Position numbers and translations under genes: made by a program | Notes under the pieces: model-generated | The model's database searches: none | What the model was told of the DNA's origin: nothing | The model's input: only the letters and a program-made list of their open reading frames with translations | In this document: positions 25,973-36,900 of the stretch, piece by piece | Position numbering within the stretch: position 1 is the stretch's first letter | Layout of the letters: the number at the start of each line of letters is the position of its first letter | IMG/VR virus record: IMGVR_UViG_3300032234_000388 | Coordinates: 134,724 to 198,723 of that record | DNA from: a virus | Taxonomy: Duplodnaviria > Caudoviricetes | Length of the DNA stretch: 64,000 bases | Direction: 5' to 3' (one strand)

Positions 25973-28429
25973 ATGGCCATTAACTATCTTGGTAAAATTT
26001 TAGATTTAAAAAAGCCCGACGGTACACCAATATCGCTCGATGGCTCACAGTCTATTCTTGGTACAGGCACAGTTTCAAACATTACTAATCTTGGGGTATC
26101 TAGAGCTACAGATTTTTTAAGAAACGGCAATACTTCGATAATTTCAGACCCTACTAAATCTAGTTCTTCATCTAAAAAAAATCTACCTAATTTGGTAGCC
26201 AACCCCATGGAACAGTTTGCATCATATACCTGTTTATGGACTCTAGCGTGTCTCGATAAAGATCAGTTTAATAATCCTGCATCTTATAGATCTAGTCCTC
26301 AGGCATTGAAAAATATTGTATTTTCATCAGGCGGCAGATACGACAGTCAACGAGTAAAAACATTTTTTGGAACTCCTGAATACTTTATTAATAATTTTCA
26401 AATGAACTGTATTATCGGAACCAATGAAAAAACTGGAAATTCAAATGCTATCAAATTTACTTTTGATATTATAGAACCACATTCTATGGGCCTGCTATTA
26501 CAGAGTATGCAAAACGCTGCGGTTAAGGCCAAGTATCTCAGCTATCTTAACACTACACCATATGTGTTGCGTATGGACATTCAAGGTTATGATGAACTGG
26601 GAAGAGTAATAAAAAGTATTAAACCTAAATTTTTTACTTTGGCACTTACGTCGATGAAATTTTCAGTCAATGAAGGCGGGTCTCTCTACAAAGTAGAAGC
26701 CATACCTTATAACCATCAGGGATTTTCAGATACCGTAAATACAGCCTACACCGACATAAAAATTTCAGGCGACCCCGGTGGCGAAGGTATTGTTTCGGAA
26801 GTATTGTCTACTAGTAAAGAAAGTTTGGCTGCGGTGTTAAACCGAAATGAAGACAAATTAAAAGTTGAGGGAAGAATATTTGAACCAGATCGATATGCTG
26901 TTCAGTTCCCTACACTGGCCAGCGAATGGAAAAGCTCTGCAGGAACACCGCCAGTTGCTAAAACTGCTACAGTAGATCCTTTAGCAGTAGCTACCGAATC
27001 AGTAGTAAAAGTTTCCGGCGGCGCCGCTAAGCCTCAAGACACTACAAATCAACTGGTAAATGATCTAGGTCGAGCCAGTCTAGGATTTGATGCTCTCCGC
27101 GGTGGCAATATATTATTCAAACGTGCAGACGACCAAATAGATCCCAAAACTGGAATAGTAAAGCGAGATGGAATGACCATTGATCCTAAAGCGCGAGCTT
27201 TTCAATTTGCACAAAAACAGACATTGACTTCTATGATCAATCAAGTAATTCTAAGTTCTGACTACGCTAAAAAGGCCATACTAGATAAAGATCAGGGCGG
27301 GTTCGGACTTACTGCCGAAGGTTATATCAAATGGTTTAAACTTGATGTACAAATAGAACTGCTGACACCAGACCCTCTCACTGGAGACTATTCTAAAAAA
27401 ATTACTTATCGTGTAGTTCCTTACTATGTTCATCAAAGTATATTTTCTAATCCAAATTCAGCACCTGTGGGCTATTCTGAACTAATGAAAACAGTGGTCA
27501 AAGAATATCAATATATCTATACAGGTCAAAACGTTGATGTTTTAAAATTTGACATTAACATTAATAATTTATTTTACGCTGGAACTAATCCAAGTCCTGA
27601 AAATCAAGGATCTAAGACCGACAACCAAGATCAAAAATTATCAGAACAAAAAAATAAAACCGCCAAGATTGGTCAAGGGCAATCAGCAGCAGCCCAAGGT
27701 GCCCAAATGGGCCGAACTAGACCAGACCGAGACCCTAAACTACTAACAGGTTATAAAGGCGGAACTTCCGACAAGACTACAGAACAGAATATTGCTGAAA
27801 GTTTTCAGCAGGCATTCATCAGCGGAAATAGTGCAGATTTGGTCACAGTAGATCTTGAGATTATGGGAGATCCTTATTGGATAGTAGACAGCGGAATCGG
27901 TAATTATTTTGCCTCGGCACCGGCCCCTGTTTCGCAGATTACCAACGACGGTACTATGAACTATGAAAGCGGCAATGTTTATATCTATTTGACATTTAAA
28001 ACCCCTGCTGATATTAATGAAACAACAGGGCTTTATGATTTTTCTGTGGCAGGTAAAGACAGTCCATTTAGCGGCATATACAGAGTTAATATGTGCGAAA
28101 ATATTTTTTCAGACGGACAATGGCGTCAAAAATTAAAATGTCTACGTATGCCTGGACCACAAGGCCCTGAAGACAATAAATTAACACAAGGTAATCAACC
28201 TACAGTGATATCCGCCAGCGGCAACAGCGCCGTAGAAGTAGGTCCGGAAGATCCTCCTAAAACTTCGCCCACAGATGATCCCAATCTAAATACAGCACCG
28301 TCTAATAGCGGAGCTAGCTCACCAACTGCAGGAAATGGATCTTCAGCTGCTGCTAAAACAGTTAATACATCTACCGAAGCTCCTAGACGTGTAGGATTTA
28401 GATACTATAGAGACCTAGGACAAAACTAA
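25973..28429 (+). CDS. Baseplate hub protein (gp27/VgrG N-terminal-like)
   Basis: 818 aa; LEIMGDPYW and FSGIYRV..C.NIFSDG motifs; precedes the spike gene. Confidence 0.6.
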   Translation: MAINYLGKILDLKKPDGTPISLDGSQSILGTGTVSNITNLGVSRATDFLRNGNTSIISDPTKSSSSSKKNLPNLVANPMEQFASYTCLWTLACLDKDQFNNPASYRSSPQALKNIVFSSGGRYDSQRVKTFFGTPEYFINNFQMNCIIGTNEKTGNSNAIKFTFDIIEPHSMGLLLQSMQNAAVKAKYLSYLNTTPYVLRMDIQGYDELGRVIKSIKPKFFTLALTSMKFSVNEGGSLYKVEAIPYNHQGFSDTVNTAYTDIKISGDPGGEGIVSEVLSTSKESLAAVLNRNEDKLKVEGRIFEPDRYAVQFPTLASEWKSSAGTPPVAKTATVDPLAVATESVVKVSGGAAKPQDTTNQLVNDLGRASLGFDALRGGNILFKRADDQIDPKTGIVKRDGMTIDPKARAFQFAQKQTLTSMINQVILSSDYAKKAILDKDQGGFGLTAEGYIKWFKLDVQIELLTPDPLTGDYSKKITYRVVPYYVHQSIFSNPNSAPVGYSELMKTVVKEYQYIYTGQNVDVLKFDININNLFYAGTNPSPENQGSKTDNQDQKLSEQKNKTAKIGQGQSAAAQGAQMGRTRPDRDPKLLTGYKGGTSDKTTEQNIAESFQQAFISGNSADLVTVDLEIMGDPYWIVDSGIGNYFASAPAPVSQITNDGTMNYESGNVYIYLTFKTPADINETTGLYDFSVAGKDSPFSGIYRVNMCENIFSDGQWRQKLKCLRMPGPQGPEDNKLTQGNQPTVISASGNSAVEVGPEDPPKTSPTDDPNLNTAPSNSGASSPTAGNGSSAAAKTVNTSTEAPRRVGFRYYRDLGQN

Positions 28430-28438
28430 GGATATTAA

Positions 28439-30034
28439 ATGGCACAACACAGACGATCATCAGCAGCTAACGACGGACGGACCGGTGGACTAACCGACGG
28501 CATATACATTGCCCGAGTTATCAGTCATCTTGATCCTACCTTCATGGGATCGCTAGAAGTCACACTGCTTAAAGATCAAAGCAACACCGCTGGTGATGAC
28601 AGTCAGATTTATATTGTAAAATATGCTTCGCCGTTCTTTGGTTATACACCTTTTGAGTTTATGGGCAAAAACGACGGAACTGCATCAACTATAGAAGGAT
28701 TTAACGATACACAGAAAAGTTATGGAATGTGGATGGTTCCTCCTGATGTTGGAGTAAACGTATTAGTATTATTTGTAGACGGAGACCCTAGCCAAGGCTA
28801 TTGGTTTGCCTGCGTGCCCGGTCGAAATATCAACAATATGGTACCGGCAATTGCTGCTTCAAAAGAAAATACTCTAGACCCTACAGACAAGCAGCGTTAT
28901 GGCAATACCAAACAACCGTTGCCTGTAGCTGAAATAAACAAACGGATCAACGGTGAACGTCAGGAAATAGATCCTGAAAAAATTAAAAAAGTAGTACATC
29001 CTATAGCTGATAGATTTTTAGAGCAAGGCCTATTAGATGACGACATACGAGGAACTACTACATCATCACCAAGAAGAGAAGTTCCCGGCATGGTATTTGG
29101 AATTTCAACCCCAGGTCCAGTTGATCGAAGAACCAATGCTAAAAAAGCAGTGATAGGTAAAAATGACAGCAAGTCTGCTCCAATTCCTGTGAGTAGATTA
29201 GGTGGAACACAACTAGTATTTGATGATGGCGACGATCGTTATCACAGAGAAAAATCTGCAGCCGAAGGCCCAGTCAAATACGTTGACTTGCTAGAAAGTA
29301 AAAACAGCAACGACCAAGGTCAGCCAACAATTCCCTACAGCGAATATTTTAGAGTACGTACTAGAACTGGTCATCAACTGTTGATGCACAACTCAGAAGA
29401 TTTGATCTATATTGGAAATGCTAGAGGAACTACGTGGATAGAACTTACCAGCAACGGTAAAATTGACATATATGCTCAAGACAGTATCAGTATTCATACC
29501 CAGACAGACTTGAACATTAGGGCCGATCGAGATATCAATATGGAAGCCGGTAGAAATTTTAACCTTAGAACAGAGTCAGGTAAATTTCATGCAGAGATTG
29601 CCACTGATCAAGAATGGCTTGTTAATAACGATGCAAAGCTCACGGTAGGTGCTAATTTAGATGTACTTGTAGGGGCAGCATTAAAAATGTCAGCGAATAC
29701 TGATTTTGAATTAGCTACAAATACAGAACTCAAAGTATCTGCAGCAGGCGACATTAGTGTAGGTTCGTCATCGGAACTTAAATTAAACGGCAGCAAGATT
29801 AATCTTAACGGACCAACCAATGCCGAAACTGCCGCAGTAGCAGACTTTGTACGTCCATACGAACTGCGAGATAATCCGGCAACTAGCGTTAATGCAGGTT
29901 GGGAAGTAAAACGATATCAATCAGGAATAGTTAAGAGTTTTATGAAGCGGATACCTATGCACGAACCATGGGCACTGCACGAAAATCAAGCACCAGCTCA
30001 GCTGACGCCAGACAATACAGATAGGGATGTGTAA
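28439..30034 (+). CDS. Central spike protein (gp5/VgrG-like OB fold plus beta-helix)
   Basis: DPTFMGSLEV..PPDVGVNVLVLFVDGDPSQGYW OB fold; RTRTGHQLLM and beta-helix repeats. Confidence 0.75.
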   Translation: MAQHRRSSAANDGRTGGLTDGIYIARVISHLDPTFMGSLEVTLLKDQSNTAGDDSQIYIVKYASPFFGYTPFEFMGKNDGTASTIEGFNDTQKSYGMWMVPPDVGVNVLVLFVDGDPSQGYWFACVPGRNINNMVPAIAASKENTLDPTDKQRYGNTKQPLPVAEINKRINGERQEIDPEKIKKVVHPIADRFLEQGLLDDDIRGTTTSSPRREVPGMVFGISTPGPVDRRTNAKKAVIGKNDSKSAPIPVSRLGGTQLVFDDGDDRYHREKSAAEGPVKYVDLLESKNSNDQGQPTIPYSEYFRVRTRTGHQLLMHNSEDLIYIGNARGTTWIELTSNGKIDIYAQDSISIHTQTDLNIRADRDINMEAGRNFNLRTESGKFHAEIATDQEWLVNNDAKLTVGANLDVLVGAALKMSANTDFELATNTELKVSAAGDISVGSSSELKLNGSKINLNGPTNAETAAVADFVRPYELRDNPATSVNAGWEVKRYQSGIVKSFMKRIPMHEPWALHENQAPAQLTPDNTDRDV

Positions 30035-30036
30035 TT

Positions 30037-30471
30037 ATGGGAAAACTTTATAATCAAAAATCAGTAGCGTCGTCTACAGCAGTGGTTTCTGAAAACCAAG
30101 GTACGTTTACCTATAAAGGATTTAGTTCTAAAGAATCTAGTAAAAATTACAAACTCTATGACATCGATCTGGTCAAGCAAGATCTGTTAAATCACTTTTA
30201 TATTCGCAAAGGCGAAAAGTTAGAAAATCCTGAATTTGGTACTGTGATCTGGGATATGTTGTTTGAACAATTTACTGAAGATGTAAAAAACATTATTGCC
30301 AAAGACGTAGAAGATATTATCAACTATGATCCTCGTATAGCAGTAAATGAAGTGCAGATAGACAGTACAGATCAAGGCATTAGGATACAAGCAGACATTG
30401 TTTATATTCCGTTTAATGTCAACGAGCGCATGACATTTAACTTTGATAAAACTAATTCTACAGTAATCTAA
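30037..30471 (+). CDS. gp25: Baseplate wedge/sheath initiator gp25-like
   Basis: DLLNHFYIRKGEKLENPEFGTVIWDMLFE...YDPRI motif. Confidence 0.85.
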   Translation: MGKLYNQKSVASSTAVVSENQGTFTYKGFSSKESSKNYKLYDIDLVKQDLLNHFYIRKGEKLENPEFGTVIWDMLFEQFTEDVKNIIAKDVEDIINYDPRIAVNEVQIDSTDQGIRIQADIVYIPFNVNERMTFNFDKTNSTVI

Positions 30472-30501
30472 GCAGTTTATTTTCCAAGGTAAATATGGTA
30501 T

Positions 30502-33500
30502 ATGACAACAACTAGCAGACAAAACAATCTCATTTTAAATCAAGACTGGACTAGAATATACCAGACTTTTAAAAATGCAGACTTTAAATCCTACGATTTT
30601 GAAAACCTACGTAGGGTTATTATTACCTATCTACGTGAAAATTATCCTGAAGATTTCAACGATTATATTGAAAGTTCAGAGTACCTAGCCCTAATTGATG
30701 CAGTGGCATTTCTAGGACAAAGTCTAGCATTCCGTATCGATCTTGCCAGCCGTGAAAACTTTATTGAGCTAGCGGAAACTAAAGAAAGTGTGTTGCGCAT
30801 CGCTCGTATGCTCAGCTACAATGCCAAACGCAACCAAGCTGCTAGCGGATTGTTAAAATTTACCTCAGTGACCACCACAGAAGATCTAGTAGACAGCAAT
30901 GGTCGTAATTTGTCTCAACAGATTATCTCATGGAATGACCCTACAAATACCAACTGGTTAGAACAGTTTATCACTGTGTTAAATGCCGCTATGGCAGACA
31001 ATACCGAGTTTGGTCGTAGTCAAGGATCGGCAGTCATACAAGGAATACCTACAGAACAGTATAGATTTAGAACTGTTGGTGCAGACGTACCTTTGTTTTC
31101 TTTTAGTAAAACAGTAGCGGCTCGAGGCATGAGTTTTGAGATAGTTTCTACTGCATTTAAGAATAGCGAAAACATTTATGAAGAACCACCAGTGCCGGGA
31201 AACCAATTAGGATTTGTTTACAAAAACGATGCCACAGGCCCTGGATCACCGAACACCGGTTTCTTTTTGATGTTTAAACAAGGCACATTAGAACTGGCAG
31301 ATTTTTCAATAGACATTCCTACTACCAATGAAAAAATTGCCGTTGATGCAATTAATATTAACAATAGCGATATTTGGTTATACAGTTTAAATTCTGCAGG
31401 AGTTCAATTAGAAGAATGGACCAAGGTTTCTGCTCTAGCTGGAAGCAGTATTGCCTATAACAGCATAAGTCAAGATATTAGAAATATCTATGCAATCAAC
31501 ACTAAAGAAAACGACACTGTTGATCTAGTCTTTGCAGATGGCGTCTATGGTAATTTACCTCAAGGCGCTTTTAGAGTTTATTATAGAACCAGTAATGGAC
31601 TGTCATACACAGTTTATCCTAATGAGCTTAGAGGAATTAATATTGGTGTTAGCTATGTTAACAAAGCTGGAGTTAATCATACATTGACTATTGGCCTTGC
31701 ATTGCAGTCAACAGTGGCTAATTCTGCAGCTTCAGAAGATATTGACACAATTAGAACAAATGCTCCAGCAGTGTACTATACACAGAATCGTATGATCACG
31801 GCAGAAGATTATAATCTAGCACCGTTGTCTGCTTCTCAAAATATTGTAAAAATTAAATCAGTGAATAGAACCTCTAGCGGAATATCAAGAAACTATGACT
31901 TACTAGACGCTTCTGGAAAATACAGCAGTATAAATGTATTCTGTGATGACGGATACGTCTACAAAGAAGAAGCAGAAAATGTGTTGAGTTTTAAATTTGA
32001 CAACAGAGTTGATGTTATTAATTTTATTAGACGTTCTATTGAACCTGCATTTTTAGATTCTGAAGTTTATAATTTTTATTTTACAAAATTTGATAGAATA
32101 TTGTTTACAGATTCGAATACTATATGGCAATCAGTAACTACTACTACCGCCACAGGATTCTTTAAAAATGTGATTGATAATTCTTTGTTAAAAGTTGCTT
32201 CGTATTCTACTAGTAACTTAAAGTATTTTACAGTTGATTCGTTAATTAAATTTGTGCCACCTTCCGGTAAAGCATTTCGCAGAGGACTAATAGTTGATAT
32301 TGATCTTACAGATCCAGAGCAAACCGACAGATTGTGGACCAAAGTTGTTAGGATTTCAGGAGATGGCACTAATGCTGGTCGAGGAGTACTAACCAACGGT
32401 CTTGGCCCAATTACACTAAGCGATCCTATTCCTTCAGGAGCTATTGCTTCTAGAATTGTTCCTAGATTTGTTTCTGATTTAAGCAATTCTTTAGAAGTTG
32501 AAATTGTAAATCAGGCAGTACAGAATTTAAATTTTGGACTGCGCTATGATGTGACAACAACCGAGTGGAAAGTTATCACTGGTTCAAATATTAATCTGAT
32601 TAATAACTTTAGCCTAGGTAAAGCAGGCGACGTGACCAATACCAACGTTGATGCATCATGGGTAATTGCATTTGTTAAAGAGCTAGATCGCTACACAGTA
32701 AGAATTAGAAAACTTAGTTATGTATTTGGAAGTTTAGCTCAAAATCGTTTTTACTTTGACAGCAATGAAAAACGCTATAATGATCAGCTGGGCAATGTGG
32801 TCAAAGATCAAATTAAAATTCTCAGCATTAATACTGGACAAGATCTGTTAACAGAACTTAGACAAGATGTTCCGTTTGAAATAGCAGATACAATTAAATT
32901 TGATGACGGGTTTGAAAGCACTACAGAAATAAAATTATCATTTTATGATTCTGACAATGATGGAGTAATTGATAATCCTGAAGCTTTTGAAAAAATTGTA
33001 GGAACAGATCAAGAATTAAATTATCTATTTTTTGAAGAAACTGTAGATCAATTTGGAACCACACAATATCTACTAATCGATAATTCCAACGACTTTGTAT
33101 TGGTTAGAGAAAAAGAATCGGTGGTTGATTTTACAGACACAGCAACATATCCCGACGGACAATTAATTTATTTTTATGACATTGATCAAGATGTAATTAA
33201 ACGTGTTAATAGACGTACCAACACTTTTGATCTTGAAAGAACCTATAAGGCTGTGATTGGAAGAAGAAATTTAAAGTTTCAATATGTTCACAACGCCAGC
33301 GTAGATCGTAGAATAGATCCTAGCTCTAGCAATATCATGGATATCTTTTTGTTGACAAGATCCTATGACGAAGCTTATAGAATATGGTTGACCGGCGGCA
33401 CTAGTGTAGAGCCAGAAGCTCCAACAACCGACAGCTTACGAACATCATTCGGTGCAAATTTATCACAGATTAAATCTATCAGTGACGAAATTATCTATCA

Positions 33501-33909
33501 TCCTGTGAAATACAAAGTGTTGTTTGGCGACAAAGCAGATCCTAAACTGCAGGCAATATTTAAAGTGGTAAAAAATCCTAACCAGTCTATTAATGACAAC
33601 GATCTAAAGGTTAGAATTATTACTGCTATCAACGAATTTTTTGATATTAACAACTGGGACTTTGGAGATAGATTTTACATGAGTGAATTAACAACTTACA
33701 TTCTGAATTCGTTAGCACCGGATCTTAGCAATATTGTTATTATGCCTAAGCAGGCAGATCAAGTATTTGGCAGCTTGTTTGAAATCCAGAGTAAATCAGA
33801 CGAAATATTAATCAGTGGAGCAACAGTGGATAATATTAACATAGTTAAGTCTATCACAGCCGCAGAAATCGGCACTAGTATCAATAATATAACTACAGCA
33901 ACTTATTAA
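30502..33909 (+). CDS. gp6: Baseplate wedge protein gp6-like
   Basis: DFENLR..FNDYIESS, ARMLSYNAKR, FADGVYGNLP and IRTNAPAVYYTQNRMITAEDY motifs. Confidence 0.85.
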   Translation: MTTTSRQNNLILNQDWTRIYQTFKNADFKSYDFENLRRVIITYLRENYPEDFNDYIESSEYLALIDAVAFLGQSLAFRIDLASRENFIELAETKESVLRIARMLSYNAKRNQAASGLLKFTSVTTTEDLVDSNGRNLSQQIISWNDPTNTNWLEQFITVLNAAMADNTEFGRSQGSAVIQGIPTEQYRFRTVGADVPLFSFSKTVAARGMSFEIVSTAFKNSENIYEEPPVPGNQLGFVYKNDATGPGSPNTGFFLMFKQGTLELADFSIDIPTTNEKIAVDAININNSDIWLYSLNSAGVQLEEWTKVSALAGSSIAYNSISQDIRNIYAINTKENDTVDLVFADGVYGNLPQGAFRVYYRTSNGLSYTVYPNELRGINIGVSYVNKAGVNHTLTIGLALQSTVANSAASEDIDTIRTNAPAVYYTQNRMITAEDYNLAPLSASQNIVKIKSVNRTSSGISRNYDLLDASGKYSSINVFCDDGYVYKEEAENVLSFKFDNRVDVINFIRRSIEPAFLDSEVYNFYFTKFDRILFTDSNTIWQSVTTTTATGFFKNVIDNSLLKVASYSTSNLKYFTVDSLIKFVPPSGKAFRRGLIVDIDLTDPEQTDRLWTKVVRISGDGTNAGRGVLTNGLGPITLSDPIPSGAIASRIVPRFVSDLSNSLEVEIVNQAVQNLNFGLRYDVTTTEWKVITGSNINLINNFSLGKAGDVTNTNVDASWVIAFVKELDRYTVRIRKLSYVFGSLAQNRFYFDSNEKRYNDQLGNVVKDQIKILSINTGQDLLTELRQDVPFEIADTIKFDDGFESTTEIKLSFYDSDNDGVIDNPEAFEKIVGTDQELNYLFFEETVDQFGTTQYLLIDNSNDFVLVREKESVVDFTDTATYPDGQLIYFYDIDQDVIKRVNRRTNTFDLERTYKAVIGRRNLKFQYVHNASVDRRIDPSSSNIMDIFLLTRSYDEAYRIWLTGGTSVEPEAPTTDSLRTSFGANLSQIKSISDEIIYHPVKYKVLFGDKADPKLQAIFKVVKNPNQSINDNDLKVRIITAINEFFDINNWDFGDRFYMSELTTYILNSLAPDLSNIVIMPKQADQVFGSLFEIQSKSDEILISGATVDNINIVKSITAAEIGTSINNITTATY

Positions 33910-33910
33910 T

Positions 33911-36900
33911 ATGGCAGATAAAAAATTTCCTAAAAGCGGTTTACCAATTAGACGATCTGTAGAACTACTGCCGGTAGTTTTTCAAACAGAAGCCAATGAT
34001 AAATTTTTATCCGGTGTATTAGATCCTTTAGTTCAGCCCGGTGTATTAGACAAAGTAGTAGGCTATGTTGGTCGCAGACAAGGCAAAACATACATCGGAT
34101 CTGATGTTTATGTAGATACAGACGATACACTAAGAAGCCGGTATCAACTAGAGCCTGGAATAATTTATAGAAACGGCGACAAAATAGAAAACTTCTATGA
34201 CTACATAGATTTTAAAAATCAGCTGAAATTTTTTGGTAATAACGATAACAGAGATGACAAGATAGTTAACCAAGAACATTATTCTTGGAATCCCCCTATT
34301 GACTGGGACAAATTTATTAATTATAGAGAATATTTTTGGACTCCCAACGGCCCGCCCGATATTCCAGTGTTTGGTCAAAATGCAGGGGTAGCTAGTACCT
34401 ATAAGGTTATTTTAGGTGCAACAAAAAATTCTTTTGTATTCACACCAGACTCCTATACAAATAATCCCACGATTACTCTTTATCGCGGTCAGACCTATAA
34501 ATTTAAAATTAATGCACCTGGAGAAGGGTTTGCTATTAAAACAAACTATGACACTGGATCTTTATTGTTTAGACCCTTTGATCAATATTTTGCCGGCGAC
34601 CTAACAGTCTACGATGGAAAATTATTTAGAGCCAAACAAAATATTCCTGTTGCAGACGGCAGTTCAATAACCTTGGATAGTCAAGACTGGGAATATCTAG
34701 AGCCAGCATCTGTAGGCACTGCATTAGATTATAATAAAGGCGTGACCAACAACGGCACAGAAAACGGCACCCTAACATTTGAAGTTCCATACGATGCTCC
34801 CAGCACACTGTATTATCAAGGACTTATTACTCCGGATTGCTTTGGCAGATTCATAATTGCAGATATTGAAGAAAATACTAAAATTGATGTTGAAAAAGAA
34901 ATCGTAGGAAAGTCTTCCTATACTTCCGCCAACGGTATAGAATTTACCAATGGGTTGGTAGTTGAGTTTAGAGGAATGGTCACTCCTGAAAAATACAGTA
35001 ATAACACATGGTTAGTAGAAGGAGTAGGTCGTGCAATCACTCTAACTAAATTTGCTGATTTGATTGTTCCTCAACTATCGGGCGCAGAAGTTCCTGAAAT
35101 ATTATTCGACAATGACGGCTTTGACACACAACCTTTTGACGACGCTGCATCTTTTCCTACATATAAAGATTATATTACTATAGCTAGAGATAGTCTAGAC
35201 GCTAATCCATGGAGTCGATACAACAGATGGTTTCATAGAAGCGTTTTAGAAAAAGCCTACAAGCTGAGAGGAGATGATTTTCCAGCTCCCGAATCCGCTA
35301 GAGCCAAGCGCCCTATTATTGAGTTTGCAGCCAATCTTCAATTATTCAATCATGGAGCAGCAGCCAAACAAACTGTGGACTTTATTGATAATTCAACCGC
35401 AGATATATTTTCTACGATAGAAGGCAGCATAGGCTACAACGTTGACGGAGAAAATTTGTTTGAAGGTGCAAGACTACTAGTTATTGCAGATACAGATCCT
35501 CTGGCCAATAATAAAATTTATGAAGTTAAATTTATAAGACACATTAACTCCATTCAAATACATCTACAAGAAACCGACGATACAGTTTCTAATCTTAACG
35601 AAGGAGTGTTAGTTCGCCGAGGTACAAGAAACGGCGGAAAAATGTTCTATTTTAATGGAACCAGCTGGTTGCCTAGCCAAGCCAAACTAACAGCTAACCA
35701 GCCCCCATTATTTGATGCTTTTGATAAAAACGGTGTCAGTTTTGCTGATCCGCAAACCTACCCAACCAGCACATTCCTTGGTACAAAACTATTAAGCTAT
35801 AAAGTAGGCAACGGCCGAATTGATTCTGAATTGGGATTTAGCTTAAGTTATCTCAACATAGACAACGTGGGAGATATAGAATTTAATTGGGATTGGGACA
35901 CAGAGGTAGTAAATTATACCATAGCACGCCAACCTCAAGCTGTGAAAATATCTACAGGGTATTACAAATTTTATCTTAACACAGTTTATGATAACGCTTG
36001 GTTATTGATGAATGATCAATTTTTGCAACCAATCATAGACAGCCAGATAGTGGTCAACAATACCAACACGGTGACATTTAATACTATCGATTGGATTGCA
36101 CTTACCGAAGAACCAATTATTAACGTATATGTCAACGGGGTACCTTATGTAAATTCTTATACAAGAAATCAAGGTACTTTTACTTTCTCTTCGCAACTAT
36201 CTGCCAAAGATGTAGTAGTATTAAAAATTATCACGGATATCGAACCCGACCAAGGCTATTATGAAATTCCTGTAGGACTAGAAAAAAATCCGTTCAATGA
36301 TCCGTTGCAATCTTTTACCCTAGGACAATCGGTTGACCATATCACTACAGCTCTAGAATTTAACACCACCGTTGTTGGCAGCACTCCTGGAAATAGTAAT
36401 CTTAGAGATATTTCGGGTTATCAAGTAAATGCTAAACGTTTTGTAAAACATTCGGGACTAGCGCCGTTGGCTATTATGACACTGTGCGATAAAACTTATA
36501 ATATAGTTAAATCTATTCAGTATGCCAAAAAAGCCTATACAGATTTTAAAAATAATTTTATTAACCGAGCTGCAGAAATAGACTATAATGACAATGTTGC
36601 AGATTTTGTAGACGACATTATTAATAGTTTAACAAAAACTAAAACAGACAACAGTCCGTTCTATGACACAGATATGATCGGTGCAGGTGCATATAACAAG
36701 ATATCTTATGTTGTTGAAGACACTGGAATCAAAACTTTTTCATTATCTGAAAAATTTGATTTAAAAACATTAACCAAACGAGCAGTATATGTGTATGTCA
36801 ACGATCAGCAACTATTAAACACCCAACAGTATATATTTGATTCCACATTTGGATTTGTAACATTACTAGTAGATTTTGTAGAAGGGGATACTGTTGAAAT

